Assembly (NCBI GenBank): GCA_964106645.2
Contig: OZ067040.1
Strand: one strand, 5' to 3'
DNA: 64,000 bases
Source: Podarcis pityusensis
Lineage: Eukaryota
The notes under the pieces are model-generated. The model was not told the DNA's origin. It ran no database searches and saw nothing but the letters and a program-made list of their open reading frames with translations. The position numbers and the translations under genes were made by a program. Within the stretch, counting starts at the first letter, position 1; each line of letters opens with the position of its first letter. This document shows, piece by piece, positions 51,645 to 64,000 of the stretch.

Positions 51645-53574
51645 AAATAGGTCTCCCACTTAGTTGGAATACCACCCGCAATTTCTAAATCTAAATGCAG
51701 TAAGTAACCTGGGTTGAATTCCTAATGTTGCATTATTATATTTATATAGCAAACTGCAAAAACAGAACAGTGGCATTTTTGCTGCCTTCAGATGACATTT
51801 GGGTTTCTTGTAGAAGTTCTTCCTTTCTACCCTCATATTGTCCCATACCACCTAACAGAAATACCTGGAAATACCTGTGCCAAATTAAAGCACACATATG
51901 CTTACATCACCATGGTCATTTTTTAGTAGCATTTTGCCTTTTTCTGTGGTGGCCATAAAGGAAAGTGATAAGTGTGTCAAGGAGGGGAGATCTGTATTAT
52001 CCCCCAGGCAGTATTTGGCCTTCAGCCCACATGTTGTTCTCTTTGCTCTTAGCTCTCCCAAGCACAAACCTTACATCTTTGCTCCCCCACCCCAAGCACT
52101 TGTTAAGTTTATGTGAACTTACCTAAGACCGTAGTCACTACCTCACTCCCTTGCCTGATTTTCATTGCCTCTTAGTTGCTCATTACTGAGACCATATCCC
52201 TTTATTGCCCTGAATTAAGAGATTTTTCAACTTTATTATTTGCCTTGTTAAAACAGCACTACCTCTGCAAAGTCCAAACTGCTCAAAAAAACCAGCAATG
52301 CCCTCAACATTTAGATATCAGGTAAGGGGGACTTAACCACATGTAGGATGTCTCAAGATGAGAGGCACTTGCGAGACTGAGTCAATGTCTCCTGCTATTG
52401 CACACAATGGTCACAGAACATGCTTCTACACAATAAGAGTTCTGTATGCTAAAGAAGTATGCAGGTAAATACAAAAACATTTTATAATGGGGGGGAAATC
52501 ATTGCCTTTTGCCACAGTGAGCCAACTGTATGTACTAGTTCTTATGTATTATTTATGCCTGCTATATACATGCTATATCTAAGTACAAGTCCCTCCTTTA
52601 TGAAGAGCATGAACATGACATTGTTGCCCTTGGAACTCATCAAGCACATCCTCAGCAGGATGCGCTTGAGGAACTCTTATGGGCACCTACATTCATTACA
52701 CTGAAAATGATCAGGAACATTTCATGCGGTAAGGTAGATAATGCTGACATGATACAGGACTGTCTTTGCTGTCCTTCCTAATCAGAGGTCAAAGTCTAAA
52801 GATAATGAACAGAAAATGCAATCGTTCTCAGCCTTCCAGAAAAAATTAAAGCTGTATTAAACTACTGCCAGGGATGAAATAACTTACAGGGAAGGTGACA
52901 GATGCTACATGCAGAATTATCTTGAGCCCCACCCTCACCCCCGCCAAATAAGTACCTAGGACTCTAGGCTCCTAACCCCAAATTTTGTTTTGGGCAAGAG
53001 GAAGAGTATCGTTGTTAACAGAAAATATGCATGCAGACTGGTAGCAACTTAAAGAAAGATCAGCTTGCTGTTCAAAACTGTTCCAATAATCATTCTGGGT
53101 GTTTGTAGAAAAAATGTTTTGTTGCAAGTTTGCGCCAGTGCAATAAAGCAAAGGATTCAGACAGAGGTTTCTGCCTGTAGCTGGCTCTGAATGTCCACAA
53201 TAGTTGGTGGAGCTGAGGGCTCAACAAGATTTTAGCTGGATAAACATTACAGCACACAAATCTACTACCTGCATCAAGTTACCTAAAAAAAAGCTTTAAG
53301 CTCTGCAATGATTTTATTGCATGAAAGGGGCCCCTACTTTTCTCAGGAAGACCAAAGAAAATTAGCAGACTCAGGATTCAAAAGTTTACAACAACAAAAA
53401 GTGCAGGTGCTCAGCAGTTTCCTTTAAAGAAACTGCTTCTACACCCTCCAAAGTATGGCAAAGTAAAAATGCTATGCAATTCAATAAATTAAAGCACATT
53501 ACTTAAAATTTGTGCAACATGATTTAGCTTTTCTGCAAAATATCTAAACAGATTTAAAAGCCACATTTACTTAC

Positions 53575-53632
53575 TCTTTTTCTTGAAAAATTTGATTAAC
53601 GATTTGAGCTTTGTATTGATAAACACCACCAT
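53575..53632 (-). CDS. NHSL1: NHSL1 proximal alternative first coding exon (MVVFINTKLKSLIKFFKKK-T)
   Basis: Minus strand reads ATG GTG GTG TTT ATC AAT ACA AAG...AAG A|GTAAGT, phase 1, matching exon 2. Resembles the N-terminus I recall for a mammalian NHSL1 isoform. Confidence 0.88.
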
Positions 53633-53639
53633 TTCAGAA

Positions 53640-54070
53640 AAGCCTGCTGTGTTCCTGCAGTTTGGATCCCATAGAAAGCAAGGGTACAATGCAAGAAACT
53701 AATTTCCAGAGCTTCCCCAACAGTCCTTGCAACCCCTACTAACTTTCTGCCTCCTGCTTCCACCCCTCCCCCCTTTTGTTTCTTCTTTAAGAGCAAGCTC
53801 AGAGTTGCAGGGAACGTCCTAGCGATTAGAAACCATTAACAGTCCTTGAACCTGAAAGCTTCCTTCTGAAACATAATGCGGGTGTCTGCAACAGCCAGTT
53901 ACAACATAGAGAGTGCGCGGGGGGGGGGGGGAGCCAATCTTTGTTCATGTTTGCATGGAAGCAAGATGGAGATTTCTGCTTCAGCATTCATTCATTCATT
54001 CATGCGTGCATGTCTCCCTCTCTGTCCCCTCCCCCTAGCAAATAATCAACAGTTTTCCCCCTCCCTTTCC
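53640..54070 (-). promoter_or_regulatory. Putative 5' UTR / proximal promoter of the NHSL1 MVVFIN isoform
   Basis: Immediately upstream of the first exon. Contains a CCAAT (AGCCAATC ~53932-53939) next to a G-run, a (CATT)4 repeat and G/C-run patches. Not a CpG island. Confidence 0.45.
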
Positions 54071-54465
54071 TACCACGCCAGGTTGTACTCCACAAAGAAA
54101 GATGAGTAATTTTAAGTGATTTCCCTTGCCATTACTCTCAAAGGATCTTCAAAATCCTCCACAGGACACAATATGAAGTGGATGCTTTCATGGCCATGCT
54201 TTGTATAACCCTCTCCGAAGAATATACAGAATTTAACTTGCCTGGGAAAGTGAGACTTTCAACTATTGCTTTCCAAACCTGCCCCCCTCTTTCCCAACAT
54301 TTATGCTTAGCAAGCTCTTAAGGACTGCATCTTAATTGTTCCCAACATGCAGGGACGGGGGTTTCCTTCACATCACCTTGCTTTTGAGTCATACATCTCT
54401 CCCCCCCCCCCTTTTCCCACCATTAACTACAAATTTGGTGGCAAAGAAGAAGGGTTACACACACC

Positions 54466-54466
<1 letters not shown>

Positions 54467-54514
<48 letters not shown>

Positions 54515-54516
54515 TC
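54467..54516. repeat. (TTTC)n microsatellite
   Basis: Seen directly. Confidence 0.95.
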
Positions 54517-55622
54517 GCATGCTTTGTTAAAGCTAACTTAAAGGAAGCTACAAAAAAGTACTTTAATTACTAAGCCTATAAGGCTTAACACGTTACCTAG
54601 ACGTGTAAGTAAAAAAAAAAAATCTCTTTCACGGGCTAGGCAAAGAGCCTTTGTAATGAAAACATCTATCTCCTTCCATTAGAAATGATTTACAATATTT
54701 GGAGAGAAAAATGCTAACTACAGCATCAATGTGCTCAGCAGGGCATGCCTGCAACAGAATGCTGAGGCTCAAGAAGTCAGTCTGCCCTTTCAAAGGAAGG
54801 CTAAGCAATGTCTTGGCTTGACATTGAAAGGAATTCTCACTTCTCCAAAGAAACCCCAACAGCAGGGGCCTGCCTGCCCAGTCTTTTCCAAAGGAGGCCA
54901 CATAGGTTCAGATCTATGGAGTAGCACATGCAGAAGGAGGTGCTCTTGGGAAACATTCCCAGCCTCAGTGGATTTTTCAAAAATCACTGGTACACAGAAC
55001 AAAAAATAAATGCATAAACCTTTTCTACAAGAGGACATCTAGGAGAAATAAAAATAGTTCTGTTTGACAATGTTGTGTGTTCTGAAGGGTCTGAAAATTG
55101 AACGCAGTTTTGGCATTTAATGTCACAAACTACTTTTAGCATAAATTAATGGGAAGTTAGCTTCAGGAAGTGCACTCCTCAAAACCCACTGACTACCAAG
55201 GAGTATAAAAATGCTAAGGTTGCAGTTATATACCTACTAACTGAGAGGACTCAATGGGGACTTTCATCTGAGTGGACATGTATAGGATTGCGACATAAAA
55301 TTTCAAATCCAAGATCATTTGCACACATTTATTTGATTGCCTGGAAAGGATTTCATCTGGTTGAGCATCACTGTAGAAGTCAAACAATATAAAAGCACAC
55401 AGATTCATTGGCCCCTGTCACTAGTCTATGCAGCACACAAAAACGGGAACTTCATGCAGGTCTGAATATGTTTTTACCTTAAATAAATGTAACATTCCAT
55501 TAACTAAAAGACACGTATCAAAATATACAAAACAAACAGGATTATAATATTGTTAAACAGTAAATAATAGGTTCTAGTCAAACTTAAATGATATCAGTCA
55601 AAATAATGATAACAAACATATA

Positions 55623-55864
55623 CAGTGGTACCTCGGGTTAAGTACTTAATTCGTTCCGGAGGTCTGTTCTTAACCTGAAACTGTTCTTAACCTGAAGCAC
55701 CGCTTTAGCTAATGAGGCCTCCTGCTGCTGCCGCGCTGCTGCCGTGCGATTTCTGTTCTCATCCTGAAGCAAAGTTCTTAACCTGAAGCATTATTTCTGG
55801 GTTAGCGGAGTCTGTAACCTGAAGTGTATGTAACCTGAAGCGTATGTAACCCGAGGTACCACTG
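55623..55864. mobile_element. Tc1/mariner-type MITE, copy 3 (opposite orientation)
   Basis: Perfect 18-bp TIRs cagtggtacctcgggtta / taacccgaggtaccactg, with a TA TSD. Confidence 0.9.
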
Positions 55865-57504
55865 TATATAAAAACAGCTGTATTTGTCTTTCCTCATTTA
55901 TACAGAAGATTACCATCTAATCTTTGGCATGCAACTCCCTCTGTGCTGAAGGAATACTTCATGAATAGTTTTTTCTATGCTGGTTTCAGAAGCACTATCA
56001 TGAAGCAAGAAGACTAATATTTGCATTAAATGAGGCTGAATCGCCTATGCGCCTTGTTTGCTAAATCACAGGTAGAAGATTAAGAAAAAGAAGTGGTACA
56101 CTTAAGCCACATTGTTCTAACAATGTGCTCTGAAGCAATGGACTTAGACCAGAGTTCAAATCCTTGACTTCTTAGTTGTAGGAACACACTTGTTGAATTG
56201 GGGGGCAATTCATCTCCATGTGCAATTTTCATTATCAACAGGCATAATAGCAACCTTTCTTACACGCTGCTTTGGAAAATGAATGCAATAAAGCCACAAA
56301 TTTGATTGTTGTTTTTTTACAATATTTGCTAGAGAGAAAAGTATGTGACCCAGCACTAGATCGGATTACGTGCATAGCTGAGCAAATGGTCAGGAGGAAG
56401 AAGATCCTCTTGTCCTCAACTCTCTATCCTGCTATCAAGAAAACAGCAACCCAGTAATATAAATAATTCCAAGATGGTGCTGTGGGGGAGAAACCCTTGA
56501 AAGGGGCCAAAGGGTTTGGGGAATGTGAACAAAACACACTGAATCTTTGAAGGTATGCTCACCATAATACTCTCCTATCAGTAAAATTAACCATTTGAGA
56601 TGAGATGTTAGAACAGACTGTTCCTATTCAGCTGTACAGATGTTGTCATTACCAAAACTTATTTCAGCTGTTAATTACAAATGCAATGCTGCTAGTTTTA
56701 AGGATTTGTACATGTTACATAGAACTGCTTTACACTTCAGGAGAGGCATAAGTGGTCAGTTTTATGTGGTGTGCCTGCAGCATGCATTCCACCCATCCTC
56801 CCAGCCCATTGTATTGCCCTCTTTGAATATACGTTTCCAGTTGACCTGGTCCATGACAATCAGAATCACATTAAAGGATTTTAGCCATGAAACAACTGGA
56901 AACATCCTTCCGCCCTCCTCAAATTAAGCTACAAAGACTCCTTAGGAATCGTTCTTGCACCATGTAAAGAATTTGAAAACTTTTATACTATCTATTGCTG
57001 CTGTTCAAAACATGATTCTGAATATGGTTTTAAAAAGTAACATGAATGACATTTTAGAATGCAATTTTACAGGAAGAGTTCAAGGGTGAAGACATTAACC
57101 AACTGTTCCTGAGTTATCTATTCATCACTAATCAACCAGTCTAGCCGCAGTGATTCTGAAATTAAGTTCTATTAACGTAACTGCTGGATTCAACCTTTTC
57201 TAAATTTCATGGAAGGCTGTTCCAAGGTTTAGTCAATGCTATATCAAAATATATACATACTATGAAGTCAAGAAAGTTGCATAACTGGCCAATCCCAAAA
57301 CACCAGTGGTGGAAATCTCAGAAAATCTATGCTCCCAGATCCATTGGGGGGGGGGGGATAAGGAGGTGTGTTCAAACATTAGAAGTCTAAAAGAAAAAGT
57401 CCTCCCCATGCCAAAAAAAGAAGACACTGATAACAGACAGACATCTGTGCTTTTTCAGTGTGTCTGGCAAATGGAAAAACAGATCTACAAATTAAGGCTG
57501 AGAG

Positions 57505-57640
57505 CCAGTGTAGTGAAGTGTAGGAAGGTCACACGAGTGAAATCAGCACTCAGCCATGAGGTCTGCTAGGTGACCTTGGGCCAGTCACTATTTCACAGAC
57601 AAACCTACCTCACATGTTTCTGACGAAGATACAATCAGAA
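57505..57640 (+). mobile_element. CORE/MIR-like SINE fragment
   Basis: cagtgtagtg..actcagccatga..ggtgaccttgggccagtcact..aacctacctcaca, similar to 3655-3790. Confidence 0.55.
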
Positions 57641-60600
57641 CTATTTGCAGCACCATGACCTCCTAAATAAAAAAATCACATGTATACTTATCTGAGAGTC
57701 AGACTCACTGAACTTACTGGGGCTTTCGATTTTGCTATATATTTAAAAGATTTTATGCTGCGTGTACATAAAAATGATTAGGTCTTCGAAAGGCTCTTTA
57801 CAAAGCAAAAGCATTTGCCAGGTTGAGGGACTAAAAACAGGCACATTTCACTTGGCATAGGTGCATTTATGTCCATAGATTCCCTAAACACATGGAATGA
57901 TACAGCAAAAGAAAACTATTTAAGGGTATGATCCTAGGAAACACTGAACCCCTTCTCACATGTGGGAGGTTGCCAACTTTTAGTACTTTCAAGAGCTCTC
58001 TTTCAAAGTCTTTAGAAATTACACTTCCTTCCATTAGTTCTGTGGCAAGAACCTTAAAAAAGGGTACAAAAAAGTCATCGAGCCCTGCACACTTACGCTC
58101 AGATTCAATTAACTCAATCAACCTGCTTTACTGGGATATTGCCATCAAATGGTTCTTCTACAGGAAGGAATGATAAATAATTTATAAATTATGAGGCATT
58201 CTTCTCTCCTTTCAAACCAGCCAGGCTCAGCCATCCCCTGGCATTTTCCTCGAGAACAAAAGTGACTTCCCACCACAAAGACAGTCCCGAGAGGCAATGA
58301 ATTCAGCTGCCCTCCCATCTTGAACTCAGCTCACTCACAATGGTCTCTTTCAACTCTGCAATCTCAGCCTTCCTGAATCTTGATACTTCTCTGGTTACTA
58401 AGAAGTGATAATTAAACTAAGGATCCAGAAAGGAATAAGGAAAAAAAAGTCCTATTTTACTCTTAACAGCTGTAAAGGAAAGGAAAAGACCAGTGCACCA
58501 CTTAATCCAAAGCGAGAATTATGCATAAAGTGGGGCTTTACAAAGATTATTAAGTAGGTAATGGCAGCTCCCTCATTATCCATGCACACAGGAGACTAGA
58601 AGACTCCAGGAAGGAGGTTGGGAACTGAGGAGCAGAAAGGAGACTGTGAAGAAACAATGAAGCATTAAAAAAAAGGGGGGGGGGGACAGAGCTTATTATG
58701 ACAATCTTGTTTAGACCACAACATAATAAATATTGATTAGCTCTTTCCCCTATTTTCTAATTCATTATATCTCTACCATTAAGAGCTACCCCCACAAGCA
58801 CCACCAGAACAAGGAACAGGGTTTTGTGGAGTTCAGATGCTAATAAGGATCTCAGTTTTGTGTTTGACCAACCCAAGCCTTTGGGATAAGAAATGGAACA
58901 AACAAACAAACAAACAAACCCTTGTCCCATCCACCACTGAGCCATGCAGAAAAAAACAAATGCATTTTGGCTCAAATGTGGAAATAATTTAGATGTCATA
59001 AACTTTAAATCTGCCCTACATTCAGTAAATGTTAGCTTACCAAACATACAAAGTATCTTGTATAAATTCCAAGCCTTCATAGTAACTTTGTAAGTTTCAG
59101 GACCAGTTCACATCATCAACGAATCAAATCTCCCCATCTAATTTGGAATCAAATTAATTTGAAGAATATCTGCTGGATGTTCAAATTAATCCAGTTTTAA
59201 ATTGTGCCAAGTCTGAATCAGCACAGAGCTCTCTCTGTTGTGAACCTGTGCCACCTGCCAAAAGCCTTTGCTTGCCATGACCATCCTCTCTGAGATTCCT
59301 TCATCTTTTTCCATACTTATCAGAGTGGCAGGGGTTTGTATTCATAGTAGTCTTCAGGTTGTAACTGCTACTTCAAGCATAGCCGACAGTATCCAAGGTA
59401 ACCCTACTGTTTGGGCAGGCCTTTGGAACTTTAATTTTTTTCACCACCCAGTTTATTAAAGCTTTTAATTAAGTTATTATTACAATTTTGTGCAACGAAG
59501 CTGTCTTAGTTCCATAGTCAGCTGAAATCCTGATTAAAAACAGGTCAAGAAAGGAGGTTATCCAATAATGCCTAGAATTGTGCAGCAACCATATTCCCAA
59601 TTTGTTTTCCTAAGAAGGAACATAGGTTGAGAGTGTCCACTGGGAAAGATGAAGAGTTCAATCGCTGCCTCCTTAACTGCAGGATGGACATTTTCCTACT
59701 CATGACACCATTACTTGTGTCCCCCTGAATTTGGACACACTTTCTGCATTGGCTTAATTAGTTGGAACACATGTTTGTGCTTACTCCCAATAGCAATGTC
59801 AGGATTCATAGAGCAAAACAACTGAAACTGGTCAAAGTAGCTGATCCAAAAGCCAATAGTATCTTTAGACGGGATTGTGGTCACCTAGCAAGTCAGATTT
59901 AGTAAGGGTTTTCTGTAATGCTAAAAGTTCTTTTGCCTAGGGCAGAGTAGAGGAAACCTGCAGCCCTCCAGTATAGCCTTGCACCCATTTTAGGCATTTT
60001 ATTAGAACTTTTAGATTTTTTTTTCCAAATTTTATGCTGACTTTGCTGCTCTTTCAGTTTCAGTAGCTACTTTTTATTTTAGAATATGTAAACTGTTCTA
60101 CAAGCCTGCAATCTAAAGGTCGGGTTATCAAATTATGGTAATTAAATTTTCAAAATGTGAAAGGTTACGCAAATGAATGTGGATTTGTATCTCATTGGAT
60201 TCTGATAATGAAAGAAGGGGATATAAATAATAAATTACTATTTTATAGTGGCCAAATTTAGTATGAATAACTGTTACAGGGTATTTGCATTTCAACTGAA
60301 TGAAACAATTCCGTTTCCATGGCATAACCATGCATTCAATTAATATTCATGACTGTAAGTTTGTCATGATCTTGAGTACTGTATTAACTTAAAAAAGAAT
60401 ACCCAACATATTTACAAAGTGAAACTATTGGAAATCCTGAGCTTTTATGCAAATGCTTCACGCAAAAATCTTGCCAAGCAATGAGGAGTGCTTTTTTACA
60501 AATAAGCTGAAGGACAAGTTAGCTAAAATACAGCAGGTGATAGCACATTGTGCATGCAAAGTAGTTTCAGAGTGGTTCCGCTTTCATGTCAATAGGACAA

Positions 60601-61139
60601 ATAACTGCACGAATCAGCAATTATTAGAAAAGAATTTGGGTTTATATGTACTTTTCTCATACAAAAATAGATTTTAATTAAATGCTATTCAAAGCAGCCA
60701 ATTAATTAATATGTCTAGTTTGAACAGAAAACATCTGAGTCAGCAGCACATGGAAAAGCCAGGTTTGTTACTAAGAAATCTACTGTAAGGTCAAAGGGAG
60801 AAATGACCTTAGAAGAAGAAAATTTGATTACAGTATAAAGAAGTCAATAAAACAATCAATACAAATGAATTACTAACTCCCTTAGGTAAAATTAACCAGT
60901 AACAGCCCAGAATTGTGGGCTCCCTGTAACTGATGTGTGAAAAGCTGGTGCTCCTTTTCCTTATTCACAGCATCAGTGTGAATAGCATTCTAAAGCACAA
61001 AGACATAAGTTTTCCAATTACAAAATGAACTCACTGGGTGAGCTCTATTGCAAGTTACTGTCTCCTTAACACTATCCAGAATCACAGGTGGAAAAAGCAG
61101 AGATGGCTAGATAGCTCCACCACTATCCATCACATATAT

Positions 61140-61275
61140 CAGGCATAGGCAAACTCAGCCCTCCAGATGTTTTGGGACTACAACTCCCATCATCCCTAGC
61201 TAACAGGACCAGTGGTCAGGGGTGATGGGAATTGTAGTCTCAAAACATCTGGAGGGGCGAGTTTGCCTATTCCTG
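61140..61275. mobile_element. 136-bp palindromic hAT-type MITE, copy 2
   Basis: Same family as 31768-31903. Perfect 8-bp TSD acatatat. Confidence 0.9.
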
Positions 61276-61683
61276 ACATATATACTGCCTTCCCATGTAT
61301 TGAAGGGTATCAGGGAGCCTGCTGCTTCTGTGGAGGTTTCCCAAACAGATTAAAACCCTGCTGAGAGACCAGCTCCATCAGATGCTTCCTTCAACTCTCA
61401 TCTAGAACAGCCATTCAATCAGGCTATAATAGAAGGAAAGGCAGGAGTTCAAGGCCTCTCCATTCGACCAGCAACTTCTGGCTCCTCTTCACCTTGAAGT
61501 CTTTTTATTCCAGCAGGTCAACATTACAAGAGCTTAGCAACTAAAAACTTACACCCAAATTGATTCTTCTGTAATTCCTAACACAGCTTTTATGCTCATA
61601 TATCCTCATTTTATCCCATTGGCATCACAACAAACATGATATTGCAGGGGCACTGAGCCACATATTTAACTCCTTTAGTAGTA

Positions 61684-61913
61684 CAGTAAGCCTGCAACTT
61701 AAGTGAGGGCTACGTTCCAGGGATCATGCCTAAAGCCAAAATCGTGTATAATCCAAAGAACATGGGGACAAATGGTGGATGGAATTGCTAAAGACTTTCC
61801 CCCTAGATACCCACCCCCTTTCTGTCCCCTTTCTATTTTATTTTTTAAAAAATTGCCAAGCATGTAAAGCTGAATGAGCACAAGTTAAATGCATGTAAGT
61901 TACAGGCTTACTG
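61684..61913. mobile_element. Tigger/pogo-like MITE
   Basis: TA|cagtaagcctgcaactta ... taagttacaggcttactg|TA (17 of 18 bases match in the TIR). Confidence 0.8.
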
Positions 61914-64000
61914 TATTACAACTGTAAAAATCTTGGAGAATCTACTTTCCTTATTTGTCCAATTAACAAATTCTTTGAATTGTACACAGTTTTTACAGTC
62001 ACTACAGTGACATTCCTTAGAGCCACTAAAAGTAGCTTTAAGCCTGGGGCACTTCAGTTGATGGGTTCCTGAAATCAGTAACATTTTGAGCAAGTATAGC
62101 ACTGAGTTCCAGACACATCCCAATTACTTTTAAGTAGAGATTTGCGTGTTTGGTAATCCCACCCAATCAATAAGCCTCCCATTTTTTAAAGCCATTGGGA
62201 TTGCAATTTCTGAATACAAAGACCCCTGCCCTGTCACTACTATAATTTTAGACACCTCACAATTTTATCCTCAGTGATACTGCTTAACGTGGAAGAAAAA
62301 TATTTTGTATTAGAACACCCTGTATTAGAACACCCTTGACTGATCTCTTGATGCTTCCAGATAAAGGCCTTTTTCCAGATAGGTCTGTTTTTTTATTGGC
62401 TGTAAACTTTAATGAACCTTCCACCCTATCATAAAACTTTCCATTTTAATTTGGACTTGGATGGATCTGTTTCCTGTTCACACTGGCAGACAGATCATGA
62501 TAGGGTCCAGAAAAAGAAGATGCGTCACTTCTACTCTTCTCCCTTTTCTCTCACCAGACTATTCCTTTTCCCTGAGCTTAGACACAGGGTTTTTTTAAAG
62601 CACTTTGCAATCCCCCCCCCTTTTACTTAATTTTTAATTTTATTATCTTCAGCTTTGGTCCCCTGGAAGTTCAGCTGGTGGAAGCATCATACTTCTGATG
62701 TTGTGGAAAAATAAATTCACATATTTTTTTCCTTCTTAAATTCTATACTGATGCTGCTTGCCATTACAAGCAGTAGAGTTAAGCAATGTAATGCATTTTT
62801 CTGAGCATGGAAAGATGGTACTGAAGGAGGTGCCCAGCTTTCCACAGGGTAGTGTCACACATGACAAGAAGCAGACACTCAGTCGTTAGGAACGAGAGAA
62901 GAGGCATGCCAAAGTTCAGCAGCTGCCTATTTGCAGCACTTGTTTTTCTTAGTAATGAACCAAATAAAAGATGCTGGTTGGTTACAACTGGTGGCAACCA
63001 TTTATGCTCAGCATTTGGGATGTTGAACATTAAGATTGCCAGTTTTAGGGTTACATAAGCAACCTGCTTTGAGATTGTGGACACTTTCCAGCTTCCTCTA
63101 TACAGACAAAGAACAATGATTAGGCATGCGATCACCCATCTTTTCCTTGAATGTGAAGACTTGGGATTCTGTGTTGTGCACTGATTGACTAACAGCTAAA
63201 GAAGTGTTTTAATCCCTATTGCAACATGTACCTCCTTACCCTCAAATGCTAGGACACTGCTCTTAGTTGTATCCTCTACAAATTCAAAATATTGTGAGGC
63301 TCACCTTAATACTGCTTCACCCAAGCAAATCAGGAACCCAAATATTTCACTGGCAGCATTTCAATGTTATATATTTGTCTGTTGTGAATAGCTAAAATCT
63401 GTTTTATTAGCAACAAAAAAATGAAATAAAATGGTCTAGAAATATTGCCATTGATCAGGGAAGAACAGAAAACTATATGGAAGCCTTGATTCACCCATGG
63501 CGCTTTGTGAGACATTGTGCTGAAACAAAATGATTTTAAGAACTGTCAAAAGAAGCTAACATATGAATTAGGTATAATAGACATTTTTATTTAGTCAAAA
63601 AATCAAAACAGATGGTTGGGGGTGGAAGAAAAACATAATTAGATGCCTCCCAAAGCAGTAGAGCCTTGGAATACCTGCAAGAAGGCAAAATGCTGCCATC
63701 TGCAGGAAACAGAAACAGTACTCTCCAGTTTATCTTTCTGCCTCTACTGACAAAGGTAAACAATATTATGTTCCCTTCACTAGAAGAATCTGTAACTCTG
63801 ATGTGAGTTACAGCACTGAAGTGATACTCATACTAGCCTAATTTTAGTTACAGCTACTTTTGGTGGCGAGAAAAGAATACATACCATACTACTTCCTTCC
63901 TGGTGGCCTGGAGGAATCAGTAAAGTTTTATTTGCATCTCTGGTCAACCATGGTTTGTAATAACATCTGGACTGACAAGCTGTGGGTAACATGAACTAGT

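Larger units (their letters stand above)
11680..53632 (-). other. NHSL1: NHSL1 (NHS-like 1) gene span for the isoform starting MVVFIN; 8 coding exons, 1605 aa
   Basis: Exons of 58+153+128+193+132+3372+130+652 = 4818 nt join in frame with canonical GT-AG junctions. Conserved NHS-family blocks are present. More distal first exons probably lie outside the window. Confidence 0.95.

Noticed and set aside
63299-63330. Strong minus-strand donor AAG|GTGAGC as a possible NHSL1 first exon
   Set aside because: The phase-1 frame needed to join exon 2 has TAA immediately before the donor, so it cannot be a coding first exon. A non-coding use cannot be assessed.
1-64000. CRISPR arrays, operons, rRNA or intact transposase/retroviral genes
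   Set aside because: None seen. The window is intron-rich vertebrate DNA, and all repeats are short non-autonomous or truncated elements.

Overview
This is vertebrate genomic DNA, very likely from a squamate (lacertid-type) lizard, judged from the Sauria SINEs and squamate-type SINEs and MITEs. It holds two convergent protein-coding genes. (1) HEBP2/SOUL (+) lies downstream of a CpG-island promoter (~850-1830). It has 4 coding exons (2038-2112, 5259-5394, 5796-5976, 7213-7390) that splice in frame to 189 aa. (2) NHSL1 (-) has 8 coding exons from a short first exon (53575-53632, MVVFINTKLKSLIKFFKKK) to a stop at 11680. They total 4818 nt (1605 aa), with all splice phases consistent. The remainder is intron or UTR containing Sauria SINEs, tRNA-derived SINEs, CR1/L2 fragments, Tc1/mariner-type and hAT-type MITEs, and microsatellites. 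I see no prokaryotic-type system and cannot support a wholly new biological system. The most interesting leads are: an in-frame Cys-rich cassette exon and further candidate first exons or microexons in NHSL1; a candidate upstream HEBP2 exon that could give two different N-termini, one NLS-like; loss of the proposed heme-ligand His in HEBP2; two perfect hairpins with template-switch signatures; and an unexplained ~197-codon open frame in an AT-rich intron.
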